Shown here piece by piece: positions 6,691 to 14,833 of a DNA stretch of 34,466 bases; the stretch's first letter is position 1; the number at the start of each line of letters is the position of its first letter. Source of the stretch: a virus (Duplodnaviria > Caudoviricetes). The notes beneath the pieces are model-generated. The model saw only the letters and a list, made by a program, of their open reading frames with translations, was not told where the DNA came from and did not search any database. The position numbers and the translations under genes are program-made. Location of the stretch: the IMG/VR virus record IMGVR_UViG_3300020044_003000, positions 1 to 34,466 of that record; one strand, given 5' to 3'.

Positions 6691-7268
6691 GCCTCTCCCC
6701 TGATCGCGCTGGTAGGCTCACTGCCAGCGTTTTCGCCTCAGCCATAGGCATAGGCTATGACTCCCGTCAAAAGCTGTTTAGACAGCTTACAGGGCGCGAG
6801 GAACGTTTCCAGGGTAACGCTGCTACCCAATGGGGCAGTGAGAACGAAAAGAACGCCATCCTATCCTATGAGATCGCCACCGGAGAGCTAGTAATGTCCT
6901 GTGGGGATAAGCAAGGCTTTGTGATCCATCCTGAATACGATTGGCTTGGCTGTACGCCAGACGGATATGCAGGGGATAGGGTTATTGAGGCTAAATGCCC
7001 CGCCTCAATGGAAGTGTACGGCATGATCCCCGATCACTATATGCCGCAAGTCCAAGGGCAGATGGCGATTACTGGGAAGAAGCAAGCGCATTTTATCTGC
7101 TGGACTCCGCATGACTTTGAGGTATTTGAGGTAGATCAGGATGCCGAATATTGGGCAGTTTGCTTTGATCTACTGTCAGACTTTTGGGAGTGCATCAAAA
7201 ACGACACCGAACCAAAAAAACGCAAGAAACCAGAATTACCACCAGTGATTTATAGGAGATTGATATGA
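6687..7268 (+). CDS. YqaJ/lambda-exonuclease family protein
   Basis: [31 protein letters not shown]. Confidence 0.92.
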   Translation: MSLSPDRAGRLTASVFASAIGIGYDSRQKLFRQLTGREERFQGNAATQWGSENEKNAILSYEIATGELVMSCGDKQGFVIHPEYDWLGCTPDGYAGDRVIEAKCPASMEVYGMIPDHYMPQVQGQMAITGKKQAHFICWTPHDFEVFEVDQDAEYWAVCFDLLSDFWECIKNDTEPKKRKKPELPPVIYRRLI

Positions 7269-7699
7269 AAGGCGTTAATAAAGTAATCCTCGTTGGAACC
7301 TGCGGCAAAGACCCAGAAATGAAAGCAATGCCGAACGGGAATGCCGTGGCTAACTTAAGCGTAGCGACTAGCGAGAGCTGGAAAGATCAGCAGGGTAATA
7401 AGCAAGAAAGCACCGAATGGCATCGCATAGTTGCCTTTGGGAAGCTGGCAGAAATCATAAGCCAGTATGTCACCAAGGGCAGCAAGCTGTACCTTGAGGG
7501 CAAGATCAAGACACGATCCTGGGAACAGGACGGGCAGAAGCGTTACGCCACTGAAATCGTGGTGAGCGAAATGCAGATGCTTGACTCTAAGCCTGCGGTA
7601 CAGAGCGAAGGTTCTGCGCGACAAGCGGCATCGACTCCGGCAAAGCAATCAAGCAACAATCCTGCACCGTTTGATGATGATATTGACCTGAACTGGTAA
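7265..7699 (+). CDS. ssb: Single-stranded DNA-binding protein
   Basis: [40 protein letters not shown], acidic tail. Confidence 0.97.
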   Translation: MKGVNKVILVGTCGKDPEMKAMPNGNAVANLSVATSESWKDQQGNKQESTEWHRIVAFGKLAEIISQYVTKGSKLYLEGKIKTRSWEQDGQKRYATEIVVSEMQMLDSKPAVQSEGSARQAASTPAKQSSNNPAPFDDDIDLNW

Positions 7700-7704
7700 G
7701 TGAT

Positions 7705-8016
7705 ATGGACAGAAATGATTTCATAAAAAAATACGCTGGCCGACTAACCCACATTCAACTTGCAAAAATCCTCAATGTTCACGAAGGAACAGTTGGGCGT
7801 AGAGCGTATGAAAAGGGCGTGAGTCTGGCATTTACAAGCACAAAGGAAGAAGCCGAAAAACTCTACCCGATTGCGCTTGCTGAGTGGCAACGCATAAACC
7901 CGCCGATAGTAGAGGCAAAGTTTGAAGTCCCAGCAGAGGTTGCTCGCATTAATAGAATGTGGCGTGTAACCTCATTTGAGAGGTTTTCAGAATGCTTTAC
8001 GAAATACTCTGCATAG
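7705..8016 (+). CDS. Hypothetical protein with N-terminal HTH-like segment
   Basis: LTHIQLAKILNVHEGTVGRRA. Confidence 0.55.
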   Translation: MDRNDFIKKYAGRLTHIQLAKILNVHEGTVGRRAYEKGVSLAFTSTKEEAEKLYPIALAEWQRINPPIVEAKFEVPAEVARINRMWRVTSFERFSECFTKYSA

Positions 8017-8387
8017 CCATGGCAATCTACTGGGAAGCCCGTGGGGAGCCGATAGAAGGCCAGTTCGCTGTCGGGCAGGTGGTAATGAACCGCATGCACG
8101 ATCCGCGCTACCCGTCAGACGCTTGCAGTGTGGTCTACGAGGGCGGCGAGGTTAGGAACGAGTGCCAGTTCTCGTTTTTCTGCGATGGGAAATCAGACCA
8201 GCCGACAGACTACGTGCCGTGGAAAGTGGCGCAGTTGATTGCCCAAGCTGTTTACGAGGGCAGGGCTGCGCCAGTGATAGGCGAGGCAACGCATTACCAC
8301 GCCACGCGAGTGCGGCCTGACTGGGCGAGTACAGGGCAGGTTGTTGGGAAAATAAATGAGCACGTTTTTTATCGAGGTGTGAAATGA
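7992..8387 (+). CDS. Cell wall hydrolase (SleB/Hydrolase_2 family)
   Basis: CIAMAIYWEARGE, AVGQVVMNR, CQFSFFCDG, ATHYHA...PDW. Confidence 0.92.
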   Translation: MLYEILCIAMAIYWEARGEPIEGQFAVGQVVMNRMHDPRYPSDACSVVYEGGEVRNECQFSFFCDGKSDQPTDYVPWKVAQLIAQAVYEGRAAPVIGEATHYHATRVRPDWASTGQVVGKINEHVFYRGVK

Positions 8388-8428
8388 CACGAGAAGACAT
8401 TATCCGCATGGCGCGGGAGTCAACATGA
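8384..8428 (+). pseudogene. 14-codon minigene or gene remnant (MTREDIIRMAREST*)
   Basis: GAGGT RBS; ATGA overlaps at both ends; N-terminus resembles a common small phage protein start. Confidence 0.4.
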
Positions 8429-8673
8429 GCGAAGAAATAAAGCCGGTGGCAGTGATAAAGCACGAATTCGGGGTCGCACCGATTCATCTTCCTGACGGAA
8501 CAAAACTCTACGCCATCCCAGTCACCCACCGCATCGTGCCGGTGGAGATGCTTGAACGCTGTTCACGAGAGTTTCAATCGCTGGAAGGAGCTGAGCTTGC
8601 ATACCCAGAACACGCTTCAGCAGTGCAGTGCTACCAAGAACTCCGCGCCATCATCGACAAGGAATCAACATGA
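8425..8673 (+). CDS. Hypothetical protein
   Basis: GGGAG RBS; ATGA coupling at both ends. Confidence 0.6.
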   Translation: MSEEIKPVAVIKHEFGVAPIHLPDGTKLYAIPVTHRIVPVEMLERCSREFQSLEGAELAYPEHASAVQCYQELRAIIDKEST

Positions 8674-8954
8674 AGTGCATTATTGTTGGATGTTTAAAAG
8701 ACGCACCGTTTGGCGGTTTTTGCGACGATCACGATACGGGGAAAAGATCATTGGCCTACCAGGTAGGAGGCAGCCACTATCAGAACATGGCGATCCAGCC
8801 TATTGAGTATATCCATGCGAATAAAATGCCGTTCATGGATGCTAATGTCGTAAGATATATATCAAGGCATCGAAATAAAAACGGCGCTGAAGATGTCCGC
8901 AAGGCAATACAGTATTGCGAGATGATTCTGGAATTTGAGTACGGGGAAACATAA
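8670..8954 (+). CDS. DUF3310-family protein (T7 gp1.7 nucleotide kinase-related)
   Basis: QVGGSHY..MAIQPIEYI, NVVRYISRHRNKNG.EDVRKA..Y. Confidence 0.8.
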   Translation: MKCIIVGCLKDAPFGGFCDDHDTGKRSLAYQVGGSHYQNMAIQPIEYIHANKMPFMDANVVRYISRHRNKNGAEDVRKAIQYCEMILEFEYGET

Positions 8955-9136
8955 TGGGGAAGATAGTACCGCATCCTGCTTTGCTCAGAAGCGAAGTAGA
9001 GGCCATGGCCGAGATCAAAAAGATTGTGGATAATCACTACCAAAGCCTTTCACTCTCTCAGCTTATCGGGCTGTTTGAGATAGCTAAACTCTATGTTCTC
9101 GAAATCGCATACGAGGAAGAAAATGGCGAAGATTGA
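8954..9136 (+). CDS. Hypothetical protein
   Basis: TAATG coupling with the upstream gene. Confidence 0.55.
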   Translation: MGKIVPHPALLRSEVEAMAEIKKIVDNHYQSLSLSQLIGLFEIAKLYVLEIAYEEENGED

Positions 9137-9332
9137 CGAAAAGCTGTATTCAGATCAGAAGCCAGTGGAAAACGTCTATACGCATGATTGGGTTTCGGCG
9201 AAAGTTGACGAATTTCTAAAGCGCGGCGGGAAGGTTGAAGTTTTACCAGCCGCCACGTTTTCACGCGAACTAGAACCGGATTCAGCGACTAGACAGAAGA
9301 TAGAGAAAGAAAAGAATTTCGGAAGTTTCTAG
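9123..9332 (+). CDS. Small protein with SutA-like RNA-polymerase-binding motif
   Basis: VDEFLKRGGKVEVLP resembles Pseudomonas SutA EEFL.RGGKVQEI; GAGGA RBS before ATG 9123. Confidence 0.55.
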   Translation: MAKIDEKLYSDQKPVENVYTHDWVSAKVDEFLKRGGKVEVLPAATFSRELEPDSATRQKIEKEKNFGSF

Positions 9333-9385
9333 GCCATTAGCCTTGTGCGCCGGTTTCTCCCCATTTCCCGGCATGAGCTACAGGC

Positions 9386-9412
9386 AAGCCCCGTCACTGG
9401 GGCTTTTTTTTT
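9386..9412 (+). terminator. Rho-independent terminator of the rightward arm
   Basis: AAGCCCC-GTCACT-GGGGCTT followed by a T-run, at the convergence of the two arms. Confidence 0.85.
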
Positions 9413-9890
9413 ACGATAAGAAAAGCGCCCTCTCTGCCTCTCTGCGCCGCTCTAGCCCTCTAAGCACCACGCCGTTTGACTTGCGCCATTTGAGGAATTC
9501 ATCTGCCGCGCCAGCGTAGTCGCCTCGATTGTATTTCATTCGCAATGTCGAGGATTGCAAATTCCCTAACCCCACATTAAACGCAAAGCTGACCAACGCT
9601 GCAAAATGGCGGTCATTATCAATAGAAGCAGGACATAGTCGTAGTACCCCAGCCTCAAAGCGATGTAAATCCTCCGCAAGAAGCGCATCAATTTCGTCAG
9701 CATCCCAGACCCTATTGTGCTCAGGTTTGAGTTTGTAAGAGGCTCGTTCATCAGCTTTAAGCCTAGCCTGCTCGGGGTAAAGGACATGACCATAGCAAAC
9801 AGTCCACAACTTTGCTGGGCAAAGGTAAGGCTGATTGTGGCAGCCCTCAAAAGACTTGATTAGATCAATGCCTTCGTCGTTACAGCGCAT
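9411..9890 (-). CDS. Endolysin, phage lysozyme (GH24)
   Basis: GIDLIKSFEG, PYLCPA..WTV.YGH, ALVSFAFNVG, GLERRREAERALF. Confidence 0.93.
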   Translation of the reverse strand: MRCNDEGIDLIKSFEGCHNQPYLCPAKLWTVCYGHVLYPEQARLKADERASYKLKPEHNRVWDADEIDALLAEDLHRFEAGVLRLCPASIDNDRHFAALVSFAFNVGLGNLQSSTLRMKYNRGDYAGAADEFLKWRKSNGVVLRGLERRREAERALFLS

Positions 9891-10368
9891 TTAATTTACA
9901 TTTATCAAAATGATATCGGCGCATATTTCCACCCCCGCCTAAAAGGCCGCAATGAGGGCAGGCTACGATATTTCTTTTCCCCTTGCAGGCCGCTGAAAGT
10001 TTTGCAGAGAATTCAGGATTGCTAACTCTTTTTGCAGCTCCTCTGACGTATGAATCTCTATTCCTTTTGCATCCAGTGGCCCCGTCAGCGCTTTGACTTC
10101 TGTTGTAAAGGTCTGGGCCTATAAAACATTCCAGCCACGCAGTTTCAAGCTCTCTTGCATATTCTATAGTTTCAGTCTTGGCTAAAACTATAAAATCAAA
10201 ACCGGACAGGCCATAAGTTTTTGCATCTTCCTCGTATGGCTGCCTATTAAGAAACCTTTTATGCTTTATTGCCCACCTATGATTGGCGAGCCTTCTGCCG
10301 ATATTTTCACTGCTGCCAACATAAGCCTTCTTGTTGAATATATTTACAACGGCATAAACCCCTATCAT
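9880..10368 (-). CDS. GIY-YIG homing endonuclease
   Basis: GVYAVVN....AYVGSS..I.RR, E and YN catalytic motifs, C-terminal CPHCG...MRRYHFDKC; AT-richer than flanks. Confidence 0.85.
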   Translation of the reverse strand: MIGVYAVVNIFNKKAYVGSSENIGRRLANHRWAIKHKRFLNRQPYEEDAKTYGLSGFDFIVLAKTETIEYARELETAWLECFIGPDLYNRSQSADGATGCKRNRDSYVRGAAKRVSNPEFSAKLSAACKGKRNIVACPHCGLLGGGGNMRRYHFDKCKLNAL

Positions 10369-10853
10369 TTCTGAAATGCCCTTCCCCCAAAATGGAAAGC
10401 GATAATCGCAGCCAGTATGCTCATTTCATCATCTGAGAAAACAAGATTCATTGCATCAGCAAACGCTACTCCGGTTGAGTAGGCATACCATATTCCAGCA
10501 ACATCAACGGTAATTAAAAGCCCAACAAAAAGATAGGTAACAATAGGTCTGACGCTTGCTCGAAGATTAATAACCCAAGTGCTAGCGCCCTCTCCAATCT
10601 TCATATCATGTTTGTACATTGCGACTCTTTCTTGAGCCTGAGTCTGCATGGCTATTTGATCTGTCTTGATTTCTTCAACTTTAGCTTGGGCGATATAGCC
10701 CTCTTTCGCCAGAGCAATCTCACGCTCGCGCTGCATAGCCATCAACGCCAGTTCGTGCTTCTTGTCACCACGGTCTTGGAAGTAGTCTAAGACCTTAGGC
10801 AAGCCGCCAGAGGCAAAGCCAAGCAATGTAGAAACCAATGTCATCATAGTCAC
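10365..10853 (-). CDS. Holin-like multi-TM membrane protein
   Basis: Hydrophobic N-terminus, LRASVRPIVTY, two TM segments, AFHFGGR; located in the lysis cluster. Confidence 0.6.
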   Translation of the reverse strand: MTMMTLVSTLLGFASGGLPKVLDYFQDRGDKKHELALMAMQREREIALAKEGYIAQAKVEEIKTDQIAMQTQAQERVAMYKHDMKIGEGASTWVINLRASVRPIVTYLFVGLLITVDVAGIWYAYSTGVAFADAMNLVFSDDEMSILAAIIAFHFGGRAFQK

Positions 10854-11320
10854 ATCCTCATGATAATTATTGCTGCGACAATCGGAATCGCCACAATCAG
10901 CGCGATGAGCGCGATAGCGACAGCGTTCAATACAAGTTTCTTGATTCTTCTGGCTCGAGCATCGACTGCTTTTTTTCGTGCGTCACGAATAGTGTTCCGG
11001 TCTTTAATCATGTCTCGATAGGCATCAACCCCGAATCTGTAGACAATCATCTCGCGCAGTTCACGCTCTTGCTGCTCGATCTTCTTTCGCCGCATGAGGT
11101 TTTCAATTGCTTCCTGCTCGACAGAGGACTTAGCAAAAACTTTCCTAAAAAGAGGTGGATCAGCGGCTTCTTCGTCAGCAGCTTTTACGTCAGCAATTGC
11201 ACCAAACCATGTCCCCAATTGCCCGCCCATATCCTCCAGTTCTCGACCTACCTCGATGCCTTTTTTAAGAACATTGTAGGCCGAGGTGGCGATTGCCATA
11301 GCTGAGACTGGGTCGAGCAT
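10850..11320 (-). CDS. Coiled-coil protein with C-terminal TM segment
   Basis: MLDPVSAMAIA start, charged helix, hydrophobic C-terminus. Confidence 0.65.
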   Translation of the reverse strand: MLDPVSAMAIATSAYNVLKKGIEVGRELEDMGGQLGTWFGAIADVKAADEEAADPPLFRKVFAKSSVEQEAIENLMRRKKIEQQERELREMIVYRFGVDAYRDMIKDRNTIRDARKKAVDARARRIKKLVLNAVAIALIALIVAIPIVAAIIIMRM

Positions 11321-11329
11321 GGCTCACCT

Positions 11330-11686
11330 CTACTTCAACTCGGTGACATCATCACCCTTGCGTACAGTGACTTTGCCGTTTTCAACATCGACGCGCATCG
11401 GAGGCTCTTTCTCGGCGAGTTTAGCGATGAGGTGCTGGATGACCTGAAACTCAGGCTTTTCTTCTTTCTCAGCCGTACCGGCAATCCCATTCATCATATT
11501 GATTAGGGCGACAAGCGCACCGCCGACCATCGTCATCACGGCGGTGATTGCAGATTCAGACAGGAAATAGCTAGAGCCTACACCGATAAGGACGATAGCT
11601 GTGATGTAAGCCAGACCGTACTTGCCGATTGCTTTACCGGCTACCTCTTTCGCTGTCTCGCAGCGTTCTGGATTCTCTTCGCTCAT
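11330..11686 (-). CDS. Two-TM membrane protein
   Basis: Two hydrophobic helices; ATGA coupling. Confidence 0.65.
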   Translation of the reverse strand: MSEENPERCETAKEVAGKAIGKYGLAYITAIVLIGVGSSYFLSESAITAVMTMVGGALVALINMMNGIAGTAEKEEKPEFQVIQHLIAKLAEKEPPMRVDVENGKVTVRKGDDVTELK

Positions 11687-11904
11687 TTGTCCACCTTATG
11701 GTCAAGTCGATTAAAGATCGCACCAAGCAGGTCTTTTATCTCTCTCAGGTCTTCGCGGTAATCGTCTTTTGAGACGTAGACCTTAGGAAGGTCACGCACA
11801 TCATCATCCAGCCGGTCAATCGCAGAGTAGATTCGGGACAGAATCCAGCCGCCGAAGAAAGCAGCGGCGGTCACCGCGACATTAAAGAGAACTTGGTAGT
11901 CCAC
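11683..11904 (-). CDS. Small membrane-anchored coiled-coil protein (holin/antiholin-like)
   Basis: N-terminal TM, LPKVYVSKDDY, IFNRLDHKVDK; AAGGAG RBS with GTG start. Confidence 0.6.
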   Translation of the reverse strand: MDYQVLFNVAVTAAAFFGGWILSRIYSAIDRLDDDVRDLPKVYVSKDDYREDLREIKDLLGAIFNRLDHKVDK

Positions 11905-11913
11905 GGCGGCTCC

Positions 11914-12399
11914 TTACGGCTTCACAGGCCAGTTGATCGTGATAGGGAATCCAGATTGTTGTGGGATGTCTCTCAGAGCCTGACGGTAAGCGGCCCATGC
12001 AGCTTTGTTGACAGGAGCATCAGCGACCTGCGTCCAGTCAGTTTCTGAAAGCAGGCGGTCACGGGTATCCCTAGCGTTCTTGGCAAACTCTGCATCTTTC
12101 TGTGCTTTGTAAGCGGCTTCTTGCTGGGCTGCTGTGGCTTCGGCAGTGTCGGTAAAGATCGGGCCAAGGATGTATTTCGTGTACCACTTGCCGTCAATCT
12201 GTTCGACACCGTTTCGTTGACTGTACTGATAAACAGTGCCACCAGAAGCCTGTGCTCCTTCAAACACTGGATCAGCTCCTAGCGCCTCCAATACTTCATC
12301 GGTAGTGATACCCCATGACGGGCCGTTGTTGTCTTTTGCCCACTGGCGTAGCTCGCTTTCGAGCATCACTTGGCCGGTTGATCTGAGACGGATTTCCAT
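11914..12399 (-). CDS. Tail fibre assembly chaperone-like protein
   Basis: RDRLLSETDWTQ..DAP...WAAYRQALRDIPQQSGFP..INWP; GAGGT RBS before ATG 12399. Confidence 0.8.
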   Translation of the reverse strand: MEIRLRSTGQVMLESELRQWAKDNNGPSWGITTDEVLEALGADPVFEGAQASGGTVYQYSQRNGVEQIDGKWYTKYILGPIFTDTAEATAAQQEAAYKAQKDAEFAKNARDTRDRLLSETDWTQVADAPVNKAAWAAYRQALRDIPQQSGFPITINWPVKP

Positions 12400-12407
12400 A
12401 GTTACCT

Positions 12408-12884
12408 CTACGCGTAAGACCAATTGCCTTGATAGTTATTCTTGCAGCGCCACATGACGGTTGCACGTTTAACACCGGTTGCGTGTTCACATTCTGCGGA
12501 CGTTTGAAATACCCCAGCAGGGGTACTGTATTGTTTCCCAAGTCTTGATAAAGCTAAAGCCTTGGCGTGCCCTCCTGTTTTCGGCTTGCCTCTCAAAGAA
12601 CCGCCAATCTTCTCTGCCCACGCTTGTGACCTAGTTGTTCCTAAATGAGGCAAACTGCTATTTGCCTCAATTGTGTCGCAGTATACGTTAGTAAGGCTGT
12701 ACGGCCCCACATCGCTCTTGCGGCACATCTGGAAGCACCCAGCCTTGCGGCCACGCAACTCCCATTTGCCAGTGTTAACCCACCATTGCTTCCATTCTTC
12801 AAAAGTGAATAGGAATTCTATGCCTCTACGCTTGGCATCTGCCTTGCTCCTAGTATACCCCTGCCTAAATTTGTCTTTTGTCAT
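12408..12884 (-). CDS. Putative His-Me-finger (HNH-like) homing endonuclease
   Basis: AKRRGIEF..TFEEW..WW, MCRKSDVGPYS..NV....EAN, NUMOD-like C-terminus; sits between tail fibre and chaperone. Confidence 0.6.
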   Translation of the reverse strand: MTKDKFRQGYTRSKADAKRRGIEFLFTFEEWKQWWVNTGKWELRGRKAGCFQMCRKSDVGPYSLTNVYCDTIEANSSLPHLGTTRSQAWAEKIGGSLRGKPKTGGHAKALALSRLGKQYSTPAGVFQTSAECEHATGVKRATVMWRCKNNYQGNWSYA

Positions 12885-12886
12885 GC

Positions 12887-14830
12887 CTAAGAAATACTCA
12901 GGAAAATGTAACTGGCGGCGTTAATGTTGACATTGTTACCTGCTGCGCTGCTTAACTCAAATCCAGCAGAGTAAGTGTCAACCCAATCTGTAGTGGTTAC
13001 CTCAGCTGCGGTTGAATTCAAAACGAGATATGGGTCTGTGGACGCCACTATTCCCCTTGCGCTGTCCCAGACGTACCAGTCGCCAGTAGAGTTGGTGCGC
13101 TTGATCAGCACGAACCTTGCGCCAGCAGCAAAGCCGCAGTTGATCTGCTGGGTAGTGCCTGTGCCAGTGTAGCTGCCGACTTTGCTGACGCCTGCTACTG
13201 TGGCGAAGAGGTAATTAACATATGTAGAGCCAGCTCCATTAACTTCAGAATTGTTGCCTACGGTAAATTGAGTTGCGGTTGGGGTTGTATTATTCCATGC
13301 TTCTGCCCCGGTCACTGCAGCAGCAGTTGAGTCAAGAAATAATCGCTTCGTGTTTCCTAATGGTGCTGCGTAAACAAACCAACTATCAATACCATTTCTT
13401 CTTTTTACAAGCATCAACTCAGGGACAGCAGCTAAGTTATGCGTTATTTGCAGACCCGCAACACCCGTCCCCGTATAGCACACAACATCAAAGAAGCCGG
13501 GGGCGCGGCGGAAGTTCCAATAGACAGGCTTATATGCAAAACCCGCCCAGAATCCGCTATCTACAATTGCGGTATTGTTTTGCAGACTTATTCCTGTTGT
13601 GCTCCCCTCCGCGCTTGTATTCTGGGTTGATAAATATTTTACACTGGAAGCACTGACGCTACGGAGTCTATCTATCACTGCCGAAACCGAGCCTGCTATG
13701 TCTTGCGAAATGCTAAGGTCTACAGGGAAGTTTGTAGTAACCGTAAGTGGGCTTGCTGGGGCTGTTGTGTAAACGCTTGGGCTAAACACACTCGTCCCGC
13801 TTGTCGGCACTTTCATCGGGCCACGGCGTATGGCGATGTAGATGTAGGTTGCGCCATTGGTGTTAACAGAACTGGAAGTGTCGTTAGGCTGGAATCCTGT
13901 TGCTGTTGGTTTTGTATTTGTGTTTGTTGCCTCGGCATTGCTCAGGTTTGCATACAACAAAGCGGCATTGGTTACTGACCAATTTCGCATATTATCTGAC
14001 ATTACCCAGTTGCCGACATCAGATGCATTCTTTATAAGAACCCACTGAGGCTCCCACCCAAGCGTAATAACAGGCCCGGTTGAGCTACCGTTACCTGTGT
14101 AAGACCCACACGAAATCACATTGTCCGTACCAGACAGACCAAAGCCGCCTGCGTCATGGGCGAATAGATAGGCGACATATGTGCCACCAGAGGCGTTGAC
14201 ATCAGTGGCCGTTCCGAGCGAAAACGCTGTTGAGGTCGGAGTGGTGCTGTTCCAGTATGTTGTGCCGGTTGCTTTTGCGGCAGTGGTGTTGAGCACCATG
14301 TACTCAGTATTCGCTAGACTGCGGTGGTATACAGCCCATGCAGCAGTGGTGTCCGTGCGCTTGACGATGATGCAGCCGGGGACGCTGCCAAGGTTGTGGG
14401 AGATGGTTCTATTGGAGCCATCCCCCGTATACGTCACAGTATCAAAAAACTTTGCCTGCTTGCGGAATGTCCATGAGGCGAAAAGAATAGCATTGCTGTT
14501 AACTTCCCCAACGTCACCCGGCAGCGTGAATCCGTTAGAGTTGAACGTAGTTGCGGTGTCTGTTAATTGAGCAGCAGTAGAGCCTGATTGCAGATACTTT
14601 GTCCCGCCGCGCACCGTATCAATAAACTGATGATACTCGGTATTGGTTCTTCCCTTAATCCAAACCAGTCCACCCTTACCAGACAGATCAATCCCGTTGG
14701 TTATGGTCTGCGTAGAGCCGTTGCCAGTGTAGAGCCAGGTTGAGAAAACTTCCTCTATAAATACCCGCGCAGCAGCACCGCCACCGAAAGCATCGTAACT
14801 TGCAGACCCGCTGGTTTCTTGTAATGGCAT
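12887..14830 (-). CDS. Tail fibre / receptor-binding protein with repeated YTG(N/D)G beta domains
   Basis: Repeated YTG.G...I..G..P..V.IK modules, internal duplication, upstream of the chaperone. Confidence 0.75.
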   Translation of the reverse strand: MPLQETSGSASYDAFGGGAAARVFIEEVFSTWLYTGNGSTQTITNGIDLSGKGGLVWIKGRTNTEYHQFIDTVRGGTKYLQSGSTAAQLTDTATTFNSNGFTLPGDVGEVNSNAILFASWTFRKQAKFFDTVTYTGDGSNRTISHNLGSVPGCIIVKRTDTTAAWAVYHRSLANTEYMVLNTTAAKATGTTYWNSTTPTSTAFSLGTATDVNASGGTYVAYLFAHDAGGFGLSGTDNVISCGSYTGNGSSTGPVITLGWEPQWVLIKNASDVGNWVMSDNMRNWSVTNAALLYANLSNAEATNTNTKPTATGFQPNDTSSSVNTNGATYIYIAIRRGPMKVPTSGTSVFSPSVYTTAPASPLTVTTNFPVDLSISQDIAGSVSAVIDRLRSVSASSVKYLSTQNTSAEGSTTGISLQNNTAIVDSGFWAGFAYKPVYWNFRRAPGFFDVVCYTGTGVAGLQITHNLAAVPELMLVKRRNGIDSWFVYAAPLGNTKRLFLDSTAAAVTGAEAWNNTTPTATQFTVGNNSEVNGAGSTYVNYLFATVAGVSKVGSYTGTGTTQQINCGFAAGARFVLIKRTNSTGDWYVWDSARGIVASTDPYLVLNSTAAEVTTTDWVDTYSAGFELSSAAGNNVNINAASYIFLSIS

Positions 14831-14833
14831 GGT

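Noticed and set aside
7992-8387. Cell-wall hydrolase in the early arm as a novelty
   Set aside because: Hydrolase_2 genes outside lysis cassettes are common in proteobacterial phages
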